Assembly (NCBI GenBank): GCA_016710235.1
Contig: JADJLG010000001.1
Coordinates: 3,307,225 to 3,371,224, forward strand
From: Saprospiraceae bacterium
GTDB lineage: Bacteria > Bacteroidota > Bacteroidia > Chitinophagales > Saprospiraceae
Direction of reading: 5' to 3'
DNA: 64,000 bases
Below the pieces are notes generated by a model that was given only the letters and a program-made list of their open reading frames with translations, searched no databases and was not told where the DNA came from. The translations under genes and the position numbers were made by a program. Positions 47,796 through 58,600 of the stretch are shown piece after piece (the first letter of the stretch is position 1; each line of letters opens with the position of its first letter).

Positions 47796-49922
47796 TTATC
47801 TTTTGAAATGTTCCAACATTTTATGTAGCAATTTTTCTGCTGATTCAGGTACAGGAGTGCCTGGTCCAAATATTTCAGCTACACCACATGTCTTTAAAAA
47901 ACCGTAATCATCAGGTGGAATCACTCCGCCTAAAACTACCATAATATCGCTCCTGCCCTCCAGTTCCAGTGCTTCCATCACCTGCGGAACAAAAGTCTTA
48001 TGTCCTGCCGCCAAGGACGAAATACCAAGCACATGAACATCGTTATCACATGCTTGTCTTACAGCCTCTTCAGGAGTTTGAAACAATGGGCCTATATCCA
48101 CGTCGAAGCCAAGGTCTGCGAAACCGGTTGCGATTATTTTTGCACCCCGATCATGTCCATCTTGACCAACTTTTGCAACCAATATTCTGGGACGTCTTCC
48201 ATCCATTGCAGCAAACTCATCCGAGAGTTTTCTGATCCTTTCTAGGTCCATATTCTGATGAAATTCTTTTCTATAAACACCTTGAACAGCTTGAGTCATA
48301 GCTTTGTATCTTGTAAAAACTTTTTCCATAGCAAAGCTGATTTCACCTAAAGTTGCTCTAGCTTTTGCAGCGCGAATCGCAATCTCCAGCAAATTCTTAT
48401 TTTCATCTGAACACGCATCAGAAAGTTCTTGCAAGATGTTCTCAACTTGTGATTGATTTCTTTCTTTGCGAATTTTATGTATTAATTGTTTTTGTTCAGA
48501 CAAAACTTTAAGATGATCTACTTCTAACAATTCAAAGTCATTTGGTAGATTGTGTTTCAGGACATTGACCCCTACGATTTGTTCTTTCCCTGAGTCTATG
48601 TGTGCTTGTTTTATTGCAGCTGACTCCTCTATTCTCATTTTAGGAATTCCTTTCTGAATGGCATTCGCCATTCCACCGAAATTTTCAATTTCACGCAAGT
48701 GGCTTTGAACTTGTTCAATTAATTTTTCTGTAAGATGCTCCACGTAATATGAACCTCCGAATGGATCAACAGCTTTAGTGATTCCACTTTGTTTTTGGAG
48801 AAAAAGTTGAGTTTCACGCGCAATCCTTGCCGACCTGTCCGTAGGCAAAGCAATGGCTTCATCCATGGAATTGGTATGCAGAGACTGAGTGCCACCCAAT
48901 ATCGCTGCCATAGCCTCAACTGTGGTTCGACAAATATTATTATATGGTATTTGTTCTGTCAAACTCCAACCGGAAGTCTGGCAATGTGTCCGCAGCATAA
49001 GTGATTTAATATTTTTAGCTCCAAGCGAGGACATCGCATTAGACCATAAAACTCGTGCTGCACGCATTTTGGCTATTTCTTCAAAAAAATTCATTCCAAT
49101 TCCCCAGAAAAAAGATAGTCTTGGTGCAAAATCATCAATGCCCAATCCTGCTTGCATTCCGGTCTTAACGTACTCAATTCCGTCGGCAAGTGTGTACGCC
49201 AATTCTAGATCAGCTGAAGCTCCGGCTTCCTGCATATGGTAACCACTAATGCTGATGCTGTTGAATTTTGGCATATGAGCAGAAGTATATTTGAATATAT
49301 CCGCGATGATGCGCATTGATGGTTTGGGTGGATATATATATGTGTTGCGCACCATAAATTCCTTGAGAATATCATTTTGGATAGTACCTGATAATTTGGA
49401 AATTGAAATCCCATTTTCTTCGGCAGTAGCAATATAAAATGCAAGAATAGGGATAACTGCTCCGTTCATTGTCATTGAAACCGAAATTTGATCAAGTGGA
49501 ATTTTATCCAATAGAATTTTCATATCTTCAATGCTGTCTATGGCTACACCTGCCCTTCCAACATCGGCAAATACCCTGGGATGATCACTGTCATATCCAC
49601 GGTGTGTTGGCAGGTCAAAAGCTATTGACAAACCCTTCTGTCCTGCAGCGAGATTTCTTCTATAAAATGCATTACTATCTCTGGCATTTGAAAAACCGGC
49701 ATATTGTCTAATTGTCCAGGGTTGGTTGACATACATAGTGGAATAAGGTCCTCTTAAAAATGGAGGCACACCTGACAATTGATTTAAAATATTATTGTCC
49801 TTGAGATCTGATTTCTGAAAACACTTTCTATCTTCAAAATGACTCGAATTGGAATCCGCTCTTTCCGAATGATTACTCATTTTTGGGCGAATCCATTTTA
49901 ATTCTGACAATTTCACCGTCAT
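47796..49922 (-). CDS. methylmalonyl-CoA mutase large (catalytic, B12-binding) subunit
   Basis: [24 protein letters not shown]...[13 protein letters not shown]...C-terminal B12 domain [15 protein letters not shown]. Its ATG overlaps the stop of the upstream biotin carboxylase gene (ATGA). Confidence 0.95.
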   Translation of the reverse strand: MTVKLSELKWIRPKMSNHSERADSNSSHFEDRKCFQKSDLKDNNILNQLSGVPPFLRGPYSTMYVNQPWTIRQYAGFSNARDSNAFYRRNLAAGQKGLSIAFDLPTHRGYDSDHPRVFADVGRAGVAIDSIEDMKILLDKIPLDQISVSMTMNGAVIPILAFYIATAEENGISISKLSGTIQNDILKEFMVRNTYIYPPKPSMRIIADIFKYTSAHMPKFNSISISGYHMQEAGASADLELAYTLADGIEYVKTGMQAGLGIDDFAPRLSFFWGIGMNFFEEIAKMRAARVLWSNAMSSLGAKNIKSLMLRTHCQTSGWSLTEQIPYNNICRTTVEAMAAILGGTQSLHTNSMDEAIALPTDRSARIARETQLFLQKQSGITKAVDPFGGSYYVEHLTEKLIEQVQSHLREIENFGGMANAIQKGIPKMRIEESAAIKQAHIDSGKEQIVGVNVLKHNLPNDFELLEVDHLKVLSEQKQLIHKIRKERNQSQVENILQELSDACSDENKNLLEIAIRAAKARATLGEISFAMEKVFTRYKAMTQAVQGVYRKEFHQNMDLERIRKLSDEFAAMDGRRPRILVAKVGQDGHDRGAKIIATGFADLGFDVDIGPLFQTPEEAVRQACDNDVHVLGISSLAAGHKTFVPQVMEALELEGRSDIMVVLGGVIPPDDYGFLKTCGVAEIFGPGTPVPESAEKLLHKMLEHFKR

Positions 49923-51400
49923 CTTTTTCTATTTCGTTGATGTGACCATGAATTGATTTTTGTATCCGCAACTTTTACCTCTTGAAGGTGATCTAAAAAG
50001 TACCTGAGTGCAACCAAGGATGCTGCTTCTTCTTCAATTTCAACATAATTCACAGATTTAAATTCATGCCATGTGGCCTCGACGAATTTGGTTGTCATGT
50101 TGCCTCGGACAAATTGCTCATGGTTGAGAATAAATTCAGTATATGGCAAAATTGTTTGTACACCTTCAATCCTATACTTCTTGATGGCCATTTTCATTTT
50201 TTCAATTGCCTCAATTCTATCCCTTGCATGAACGATCAATTTTCCAATCATTGAATCATAATAAATAGGAATTTCTTGATTTTTCATATAAGCATCATCC
50301 ACTCTTATTCCAACTCCTACAGGAATTTCGTATTCTGTTAAAACTCCAACACTTGGCATAAAATCATTTTCCGGATCTTCAGCATTTACCCTTGCTTCTA
50401 TAGCATGGCCTTTGTAACTGAGTTGAGCTTGATCGAAAGGTAACTTTTCACCACGAGAAATTCTAATTTGCAGTTCCACCAGATCCAATCCGGTGATCAT
50501 TTCTGTAACCGGATGCTCGACTTGTAAACGCGTATTCATTTCCATGAAATAAAACTGTTTACTTTCATCTAATAAAAATTCAACAGTCCCCGCTCCGGTG
50601 TAATCACAAGATCTGGCGATGCGTACAGCAGTCTCCCCTATTTTGGCACGTAGTTCCTGGTCAAGTGAAGGCGAAGGTGCTTCTTCAATCACCTTTTGAT
50701 AGCGCCGCTGAATCGAACACTCACGTTCAAATAAATAACAAATATTGCCATGCATATCAGCCATGATTTGAATCTCTATATGCTTTGGTGCCTGCAAATA
50801 TTTTTCAATAAAAACGGCACCATCTCCAAAAGCTGAAAGCGCTTCACTGGATGCCAATCTAATATTCTCCTCTAGATCACCATAATCATGAACGATCCTC
50901 ATTCCTTTACCGCCTCCTCCAGCTGAAGCCTTGATAATGACAGGTAATTTTATTTGCATAGCGAGTGCACGCGCAGCCTGAAGATCGGAGATTGAATTTT
51001 CAGAACCAGGCAGTATAGGCACTTCCATTTTTCGAGCACATTCCTTTGAAGCCATTTTATCTCCCATCAACCTAATAGAATAAGGAGAAGGTCCTATAAA
51101 ACTTAATCCCGCATCTGCAACTGCTTGCGAAAAACTTTCTCGCTCACTTAAAAAACCATATCCCGGATGTATGGCATCGGCATGAGTTGCTTTAGCTGCT
51201 GAAATAATTTTGTCAATATCCAGATATGAATCTTTGGAAGGTGCTGCACCAATGCAAATGGCTTCACCTGCTTCTCTAACGAAAAGTGCATCTCTGTCAG
51301 CTTCAGAAAAAACTGCTACGGTTTGGATACCCATCTTGTGAGCAGTCCTTATGATGCGCCTTGCAATTTCTCCCCGGTTAGCTATTAGAATTTTTTTCAT
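49919..51400 (-). CDS. biotin carboxylase subunit of acetyl/propionyl-CoA carboxylase
   Basis: [20 protein letters not shown]...ATP-grasp [14 protein letters not shown]...[14 protein letters not shown]. 493 aa, with no fused BCCP domain. Confidence 0.9.
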   Translation of the reverse strand: MKKILIANRGEIARRIIRTAHKMGIQTVAVFSEADRDALFVREAGEAICIGAAPSKDSYLDIDKIISAAKATHADAIHPGYGFLSERESFSQAVADAGLSFIGPSPYSIRLMGDKMASKECARKMEVPILPGSENSISDLQAARALAMQIKLPVIIKASAGGGGKGMRIVHDYGDLEENIRLASSEALSAFGDGAVFIEKYLQAPKHIEIQIMADMHGNICYLFERECSIQRRYQKVIEEAPSPSLDQELRAKIGETAVRIARSCDYTGAGTVEFLLDESKQFYFMEMNTRLQVEHPVTEMITGLDLVELQIRISRGEKLPFDQAQLSYKGHAIEARVNAEDPENDFMPSVGVLTEYEIPVGVGIRVDDAYMKNQEIPIYYDSMIGKLIVHARDRIEAIEKMKMAIKKYRIEGVQTILPYTEFILNHEQFVRGNMTTKFVEATWHEFKSVNYVEIEEEAASLVALRYFLDHLQEVKVADTKINSWSHQRNRKR

Positions 51401-51409
51401 GCATTTGAT

Positions 51410-52381
51410 TTAAAATCGATTTACCCAGTTGCTCCACAATCTACTGCAAAGTGCTTCTGTATTTGATTCAATAAAATGTGAACCGTAAAGAGGATCCTGA
51501 ACTTTTGACAAACCAGATTCTCGCTCCAGAATTTCAGGAATTTGAATCAAGCTGAGCAGGTTGGAATCAGCAATCATTTCGCTCTCTGAGCATTCCATGA
51601 ATACTTCGGCTGCACCACCTAAATAAGCTGCTACAGACCTAGTAGAATTTTCAATTAGTTCGTCATTGGATTCACCGGGATATCTGACACAGGTAGCAAT
51701 AGTGAAATTCACTTTTTTATAATTTAATAATTCAGCAATTCGCGATAAAATCAAATTCAAACAACGCATTTGTATTATAGAATTTAAGAAATCTGAGCTC
51801 ATTCTGAAATCTATTTTAAAATATTCACTTTCAGCTGAATCTTGACAAAACTCATGATATTTATTTAATAAATTCATCCAAGGAGTTAAAACGACTGCTG
51901 ATCTATCAATATCTTCTATCACTGAATAAGAATGAGGATAATAAATGCTTGGTGAAATTTGAGGATAATATTTAGAATAATAATTGATTATATTATATTT
52001 AACTTCATCATTTTCAATTAAGATTATCCATTCGATTTCCACAAACTCAGGTCGGATACTGTTCATCAAAATCTGCAAATCGTTATCATTTAATTCTTGA
52101 TCAACAATGAATGTCAATTTACTAACTCCAAAGTTCAAGCACCTAAGGGCAAATTGATTTGATTTTAAAGCATCAATTAGCGGTATTCGTATTGATTTCG
52201 AAACGTCTGCTACACTATAAAAAGCAGGTTTGAGATCAAAATTCAGGTCATCAAAATGAACAAATGGATTACCATTAAAACTCAATGACGATTCAAAGGT
52301 CGGTGCGTGCTGATTTTTGTCGAAAAGATCCTTCCGAATCAATTCCATCCATTCCAGCTTTGTATGCAAATTAAACTTCAT
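51410..52381 (-). CDS. short methylmalonyl-CoA mutase small-subunit (MutA)-like protein
   Basis: 323 aa. The C-terminal VQDPLYGSHFIESNTEALCSRLW resembles the mutase DPxGGSyyxExLT motif. No B12-binding domain is present. Confidence 0.5.
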   Translation of the reverse strand: MKFNLHTKLEWMELIRKDLFDKNQHAPTFESSLSFNGNPFVHFDDLNFDLKPAFYSVADVSKSIRIPLIDALKSNQFALRCLNFGVSKLTFIVDQELNDNDLQILMNSIRPEFVEIEWIILIENDEVKYNIINYYSKYYPQISPSIYYPHSYSVIEDIDRSAVVLTPWMNLLNKYHEFCQDSAESEYFKIDFRMSSDFLNSIIQMRCLNLILSRIAELLNYKKVNFTIATCVRYPGESNDELIENSTRSVAAYLGGAAEVFMECSESEMIADSNLLSLIQIPEILERESGLSKVQDPLYGSHFIESNTEALCSRLWSNWVNRF

Positions 52382-52387
52382 AACAAA

Positions 52388-52888
52388 TTATTGCGAAACA
52401 GAACCAAACTCTATCAAAGTCTGGCCCTTATCAACTTTGTCTAACGGCTTTACCACAAGCTTTGCCACCACTCCGTCATCAGCTGCTTTTAAAACATTTT
52501 CCATCTTCATTGCTTCAAGTACAAGCAATCCTTCACCTTTCCGAATGGTTTGACCTTCTTCAACAAGAATTCTCAACACCATACCTGGCATCGGAGCAGT
52601 CAAAGTATCGTTTGATTTCCTCCTTCCAGCTACGAATCCGATAGAATCAATGAGTTGTTGCAAAGGAGTATCTATATAAACTTCAAAACTTTGCTGTCGA
52701 ATTAATACTTTTATTTTGCGCTGAATTAGATCAACAGACTCAATATGAGCACTTAATGAATGACCATTATGTATAATATGAAAGGAATCGGGACCTGTCT
52801 TGATGATATCTGTACTTTTGATATCCGCCTCGGTAATGATCCAGTCCTTAGAACCACATTTCAATCGGTATGATTTGTTTGTTGCCAT
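52388..52888 (-). CDS. biotin carboxyl carrier protein (biotinyl domain)
   Basis: C-terminal GEGLLVLEAMKMENVLKA carries the EAMKM biotinylation motif. The start is uncertain (TTG 52939 or ATG 52888). Confidence 0.8.
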   Translation of the reverse strand: MATNKSYRLKCGSKDWIITEADIKSTDIIKTGPDSFHIIHNGHSLSAHIESVDLIQRKIKVLIRQQSFEVYIDTPLQQLIDSIGFVAGRRKSNDTLTAPMPGMVLRILVEEGQTIRKGEGLLVLEAMKMENVLKAADDGVVAKLVVKPLDKVDKGQTLIEFGSVSQ

Positions 52889-53107
52889 AAAAGAATTCTG
52901 GTCAAAAGTACGTGATTCCTGTTCACTAGAAATCGCCAAGCCGAAATTATATTCGTAAATATCATCTCTGTAACTAGCGAATAAAGCCTATTTTTGAAGC
53001 TGAAATTCATAATCGAACGAAATGAACACTAAATTTGTCTAGCACGGCGCATCTAAACAGAAAATTGGGAAATAAATCAACGGTGTCTCAAAAAAGTCTG
53101 GTGATAC

Positions 53108-53389
53108 TTAGCGTTTCCTCTTTTTTCGAGGTATTTCGCCAAGTCTATAGGAAATTCTAATCAAAACTATAAACATTATGGCACCGCAAATTGAACAAAT
53201 AAAATTCTGCATCCATGCATATTCAAGATGAAAACCTATTATAGAAGCCCCCCATTTTCCAATAAAACTACCTACAATCCCTACTACCAAATTTCCAATC
53301 AAGCCAAAACCATCCTCCCCTATGATGCGTCCGGCAATATAGCCACAGAACATTCCATACATCATTGTCAAAATGATATCCAGTGTCAT
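53108..53389 (-). CDS. GlsB/YeaQ/YmgE-family small membrane stress protein
   Basis: 93 aa with three TM segments and the glycine-zipper pattern GFGLIGNLVVGIVGSFIGKW. Confidence 0.8.
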   Translation of the reverse strand: MTLDIILTMMYGMFCGYIAGRIIGEDGFGLIGNLVVGIVGSFIGKWGASIIGFHLEYAWMQNFICSICGAIMFIVLIRISYRLGEIPRKKRKR

Positions 53390-53475
53390 TCCCTTAATAA
53401 TTGTAGAAGTATTTGGATTTCCATTTCAAGATGTATAATTTTGCAGCCCGCAATAAAAGTCATTGCAAAAATTGA

Positions 53476-53563
53476 GGAAGGTTGCAAGAGTGGTTTAATT
53501 GGCACGCCTGGAAAGTGTGTGTACTCCAAAAGGGTACCCAGGGTTCGAATCCCTGACCTTCCG
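53476..53563 (+). tRNA. tRNA-Ser (anticodon GGA)
   Basis: Manual fold. Acceptor GGAAGGT/ACCTTCC. Anticodon arm CACGC-CTGGAAA-GTGTG. Long variable arm. T arm CAGGG-TTCGAAT-CCCTG. Confidence 0.9.
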
Positions 53564-53661
53564 CTATTTTCTACTAGAACTATTAGTCTTAGATTGGATC
53601 TGATGATTTGGAATAATATTAGAAGTAACATTAGTTACAATTTTAATACACTTCTAGATTC

Positions 53662-56487
53662 TTAAATTACAAGATTAATCATCCTGCCAGGGACAAAAAT
53701 TATTTTTTTCACAGTGTGACCCTCTGTCCATTTTACAATATCTTCCAACTCCAATACTTGTTTTTCAATCTCTTCCTTAGGCATATCTACCGGAACAGTC
53801 CACTCATATCTTTTCTTCCCGTTTATACTGACCGGATATGTGACCACATCAGATTGCAAATATGCTTCATCATGTTTTGGATATTCTTCATGATGTATGC
53901 TATTTTTTCCACCTGAATTTTGCCAAATAAACTCGGTCAAAAATGGTGCGAATGGGGCCAGCAATGTATTCAATTGCAACAAAATATTTTGATTTCTGCA
54001 ATTAAGTTTTTTAAGTTCATTTACACAAATCATAAATGCACTCACGGAAGTATTAAATGATAATTGCTGCAGATCTGAATTCACTTTTTTAATACAAGTG
54101 TGCAATATTTTTAATTCATCATTTGTAGGTTCTTCGTTAGAAAGTTCTATGGTATTTCCATCAGAAGCAAAAAGCGATGTATACCTTTTCAGAAAACCAA
54201 CTACTCCGCTGATCCCTTTTGTATCCCAGGGTTTGCTTTGTTCAATGGGACCTAAAAACATTTCATACATTCTAAAACAATCCGCTCCATATTCTCTTAC
54301 GACATCATCGGGATTGACCACATTGTGATAGCGTTTTGACATCTTCCCAATTTCAGATTCAAGAAGGATATCTTTACCTTCAATTGTCAGAATTTTTGTA
54401 CTTCGTGGACTTCCTTTAAATTCTAAAAATTGTGAGATATTTTCTTTCGGTAAAATTGATTTGCCCTGTTGGTTTTTGCGTATGAGCGAAAGTGGAACTT
54501 CAACCAATACATAATTTTTTAATCCACTTTGATTTACATAATCAAGGGATGCAAAATGCAGGTCGATCTCAGAGGTGCTTTCGTCTTCCCGAGACATATA
54601 AATCCTATTAATTTCTCCCTGGATCATTCCTTGATTGACCAATTTAATAAATGGTTCTTGAGTGGGAAGAAATCCAAGATCAAATAAAAATTTATGCCAA
54701 AATCTGGAATACATTAAATGCCCCACTGCATGCTCAGTACCTCCGATGTACAGGTCTACGTCTTTCCAATATTCAACAGCCTCCCGCGAAACAAACTCAT
54801 TGTTGTTGTTAGGATCCATATATCTTAAAAAATACCAAGAAGAACCAGCATATCCGGGCATCGTATCAATCTCACGAGTATTTGGATCACATTCATGGAT
54901 CCAACTCTGAGCATGAGATAAGGGAGAAAGTCCTCCTTTTCCAGGTATTATATTTTCCAAATGAGGAAGCGTTACCGGAAGTTGATCTGAGGTTAATGGA
55001 GTAGCTATGCCCTCCTGACTATAAACTATAGGAAATGGTTCGCCCCAGTATCTTTGTCGGCTAAAATTGGCATCACGCATTTTGAAATTGATTCTTCGTG
55101 ACCCAATTTGCCTACGCTCAATTTCTTGAATAATGAATTCGATAGCATCCTTGACTTGCATTCCATTGATAATAGGGGAATTGATCATAACACCCGTCTT
55201 GTCTTCACGATGTGCGCTTTCAATACTTGACTGGTCAATGACTTGAACAACAGGAAGATTAAATTTTGTCGCGAATAAAAAATCCCTATCGTCATGTGCA
55301 GGAACCGCCATAATAGCTCCTGTGCCATATTCGATCAAAACATATTCAGCAATCCAAATTGGAATTTTTTCTCCCGTGAATGGATGAATGGCATAAGTGC
55401 CTGAAAATACGCCACTGACATTTTTGCCTTCGGTCTGTCTCTCTACTTCAGATCTTGAGGAAACTTGCTCAATATATTGATTTACCTCATCCAAGTTTTC
55501 TTTACGAGTTATGGATTTAATCATTGAATGCTCAGGTGCTAAAACAAGAAAACTCACTCCATATATCGTATCCGGCCTTGTAGTGTAAATTTCAATTTCG
55601 CTTTGTCCTTCTTCAGTAGAAAAGTAAATCTGAGCTCCTGATGATTTCCCAATCCAATTTCGCTGCATTGTTTTTAATGCATCAGACCATTGCAAACTAT
55701 CCAAGTCAGACAAAAGCCTGTCCGCATAAGCTGTAATACGCAAAGCCCATTGCATCATTGGTTTTTTTTCGACAGGATGTCCACCCCTTTCAGATACTCC
55801 ATCTTTTATTTCATCATTTGCCAATACTGTAGATAATGCTTCGCACCAATTGACATAACTCACTTTTCGATATGCCAATCTAAAATTCATGAGAATATCT
55901 TCCTTTTCATACAACGATTTTCTCTTCCACTCTTCAGGTGTAAATTGGCCTTCAAAGGAATGGGCAGCTTGTAAATTTGAAGTCCCAAACTGCTCAAAAT
56001 GCAGTTTGAGTAAATTGATTGATTTTGCTGAATTTGACTCCGTATCGTAATAATGATCAAAAAGTTTTAGAAATATCCACTGAGTCCATTTATAATACTT
56101 TGGATCTGAGGTATTGACAGATCTCGACCAATCATAGTTAAATCCAATGTTATCAAGTTGATCAATGTACCTATTAATATTCGTTTCAGTAGAATCTTTT
56201 GGATGTACACCTGTTTGGATAGCATACTGTTCTGCAGGAAGACCAAAAGCATCAAATCCCATAGGATGTAACACATGGAAACCGCACATCCTTTTCCATC
56301 TTGCTACAATATCTGAAGCAATATAACCTAAAGGATGACCGACGTGAAGTCCAGACCCTGAGGGATAAGGAAACATATCGAGGATATAATATTTTGGCCT
56401 TGTTGATTTCAAGTCCACTTGGTAGGTTTTATTCTCCTTCCAATAATCCTTACAATAAGCTTCAAACAATGAAAAATCAAAATTCAT
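53662..56487 (-). CDS. leuS: leucine--tRNA ligase
   Basis: MFPYPSGSGLHVGHPLGY (HIGH motif), KMSKRYHN (KMSKS motif) and an editing domain. Start taken as ATG 56487 (MNFDFSLFEAY). Confidence 0.95.
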   Translation of the reverse strand: MNFDFSLFEAYCKDYWKENKTYQVDLKSTRPKYYILDMFPYPSGSGLHVGHPLGYIASDIVARWKRMCGFHVLHPMGFDAFGLPAEQYAIQTGVHPKDSTETNINRYIDQLDNIGFNYDWSRSVNTSDPKYYKWTQWIFLKLFDHYYDTESNSAKSINLLKLHFEQFGTSNLQAAHSFEGQFTPEEWKRKSLYEKEDILMNFRLAYRKVSYVNWCEALSTVLANDEIKDGVSERGGHPVEKKPMMQWALRITAYADRLLSDLDSLQWSDALKTMQRNWIGKSSGAQIYFSTEEGQSEIEIYTTRPDTIYGVSFLVLAPEHSMIKSITRKENLDEVNQYIEQVSSRSEVERQTEGKNVSGVFSGTYAIHPFTGEKIPIWIAEYVLIEYGTGAIMAVPAHDDRDFLFATKFNLPVVQVIDQSSIESAHREDKTGVMINSPIINGMQVKDAIEFIIQEIERRQIGSRRINFKMRDANFSRQRYWGEPFPIVYSQEGIATPLTSDQLPVTLPHLENIIPGKGGLSPLSHAQSWIHECDPNTREIDTMPGYAGSSWYFLRYMDPNNNNEFVSREAVEYWKDVDLYIGGTEHAVGHLMYSRFWHKFLFDLGFLPTQEPFIKLVNQGMIQGEINRIYMSREDESTSEIDLHFASLDYVNQSGLKNYVLVEVPLSLIRKNQQGKSILPKENISQFLEFKGSPRSTKILTIEGKDILLESEIGKMSKRYHNVVNPDDVVREYGADCFRMYEMFLGPIEQSKPWDTKGISGVVGFLKRYTSLFASDGNTIELSNEEPTNDELKILHTCIKKVNSDLQQLSFNTSVSAFMICVNELKKLNCRNQNILLQLNTLLAPFAPFLTEFIWQNSGGKNSIHHEEYPKHDEAYLQSDVVTYPVSINGKKRYEWTVPVDMPKEEIEKQVLELEDIVKWTEGHTVKKIIFVPGRMINLVI

Positions 56488-56519
56488 CCGGCCAAATTTT
56501 AAACAAAGATAAGAAAGCA

Positions 56520-57857
56520 TTAAAACTTAGGTCTTCCACTTCGAGTTATATAGTAAAACCTCACAAACAACAAAACTGCAATCAGTCCAAGACTAATGAT
56601 AAATCCTATCCAAATGCCATAAACTTTCATGTTCCTGTGGACTGAGAGGAAATATCCTGCCGGCACCCCGACAAACCAATAAATTACAGTAGTAAAAATA
56701 GTTGGAATCTTAACATCTTGAAGGCCTCGCAATAATCCAATTCCAACCGCTTGAAGAGCATCCGAAATTTGAAAAAATGCGGCAAGCACAAGAAGATGTG
56801 ATGCAATTTGAAAGACAATAGGATCATTAGTAAAACTAATAGGTAATATATTTTTTAAAAAAATAAAGATTATCCCACAAGCTAATCCATAAATAAATGC
56901 AATTTGAATTGTCGTTTTGCCAAATACCCAAGCAAGATTCATTTTGCCATTACCAAATGCTTCGCCGACTTTGATAGAACCTGCTGTTGACAATCCTAAT
57001 GAAACCATAAAGGTAAATGCAGCAATTGACATTGCAGTTTGGTGTGCTGCTTGTTGTTGAGCGCCAAACCAGCCGGATAATATTCCAAGAACCACAAAAG
57101 CTCCAACTTCACTACTGTACTGCCACGCTGATGGCAATCCTAATGAGCTTATTTTTTTCATTACCTTGGGATCCCATCGAAACCGGAACAAATTAAACTC
57201 CTTAAACTTGGGATGGGTAAGCACATGCACGATTAAAATTATCATGATAGTGATGCGCGTGATTAATGTCGCCAAGCCTGATCCTACCAGTTCCCACCTC
57301 GGGAATCCAAAATTCCCATAAATCAAAGCATAATTCAAAATAAAATTAAATGGAATCGAAAGCAATGAAAGTATCATCGGGAATCTGGTATGCTCTAATC
57401 CATCGCTAAATTGCTTGAAAGTAAAAAAAATGACCATTGGCAAAATTGCCCAGGTCATATAAATCAGAAATGGTTTGGCTAAATTAACTACTTCAACATC
57501 TTGTCCGAGATGAAAGATTACACCGGAAAAAATATGTAATAAAGTGCACATTACTATGCAAATCAAGGTATTTAAAATGAGCGCATGCCATAGATAACTT
57601 CCTATATCGCTTGCTTTTCTGTCACTGTAAAGAAAAGCTACCAGAGGTGAAATTACGCTTACCAGTCCTATGCAACTCACGTATGGAATTCCTACGACAT
57701 TGATGACCAGCGAAGAGGCAGCTAAGTGTTTGTAGCTGATCTGCCCTACCATCATGGCATCCATTATCCCGAGAAACATCTGAGATATATTGGCAATGAT
57801 TAGCGGTCCTGATAACTTTAGTAGCTGTCTGGTATTTGTTTTATCTAAGTTCCACAT
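56520..57857 (-). CDS. MATE-family efflux transporter
   Basis: 445 aa with 12 TM segments. The N-terminus LLKLSGPLIIANISQMFLGIMDAMMVGQ is typical of NorM/DinF-type MATE proteins. Confidence 0.9.
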   Translation of the reverse strand: MWNLDKTNTRQLLKLSGPLIIANISQMFLGIMDAMMVGQISYKHLAASSLVINVVGIPYVSCIGLVSVISPLVAFLYSDRKASDIGSYLWHALILNTLICIVMCTLLHIFSGVIFHLGQDVEVVNLAKPFLIYMTWAILPMVIFFTFKQFSDGLEHTRFPMILSLLSIPFNFILNYALIYGNFGFPRWELVGSGLATLITRITIMIILIVHVLTHPKFKEFNLFRFRWDPKVMKKISSLGLPSAWQYSSEVGAFVVLGILSGWFGAQQQAAHQTAMSIAAFTFMVSLGLSTAGSIKVGEAFGNGKMNLAWVFGKTTIQIAFIYGLACGIIFIFLKNILPISFTNDPIVFQIASHLLVLAAFFQISDALQAVGIGLLRGLQDVKIPTIFTTVIYWFVGVPAGYFLSVHRNMKVYGIWIGFIISLGLIAVLLFVRFYYITRSGRPKF

Positions 57858-58600
57858 GTCTGACTATGATGCGCAAAAGTATAAAATCAAGACAATACAT
57901 TCTTCACGACCTGAACTCTATATATTTTTTTTATTTCAATATAAGAAATCTACTTTTTTAAATATAAGATATTGACCAAAAAATAAATGATCCGCAATCT
58001 GAATATGAATTTTGCAATGTCAGATTGCACTTTTGGCACACTTTTTATTCTCTGTTAGTGAAGCTTAGTTTATTATCTGAAAACTATACTTTATCCCCCG
58101 CAACAATCAGATTTTCGAGATTGCATGTACTAATACCAAAAGGTTAGGCAGTACATGATAATTTATTTTGATTTGGTAAAATTTCATATTAGAGATTTTA
58201 CAGGGGGCACTATGTATTACTGTTTTTTATTCTTCCGATTATGAATAACAAGAAAAAATATATCAGTTATTTCTTGCACACAGCTCTATTTCACTCCATC
58301 ATTGCATCGTAACAACTGTCACACAAGATCAAAAAGCTAATCAAGCAATTTGATCATCATATCAAATTCATGCTCTGCATGAACATTTGAACTGATACGT
58401 GTGTGACCTAAATTCGTATGCTACAGACGAAGCAAAGTACATACGAATTTATGCTACATCTTTTAATAGCTAATCATACTCAACAACTCAATTATGCATT
58501 TTCAGTATTTGCCAAGTCAGAAATGACAGAAGCAGGGCTGAAAATGTATTTATACTCATGTAATTAGTTGTTTTTTTTTATAAATCCAAATCTCTATTGT

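Noticed and set aside
53228-53665. ORFs overlapping tRNA genes: 53228..53665 and 53386..53631 over tRNA-Ser(GGA), 39051..39305 over tRNA-Pro, 41322..41543 over tRNA-Asp, and 44542..44739 and 44667..44855 over tRNA-Leu.
   Set aside because: The tRNA cloverleaves fold cleanly and explain the sequence. The ORFs read straight through them and have no protein-like features.
58241-58312. 23-codon mini-ORF (MNNKKKYISYFLHTALFHSIIAS) in the long gap before the giant gene.
   Set aside because: It is too short and compositionally unremarkable to support without conservation or ribosome-profiling data.
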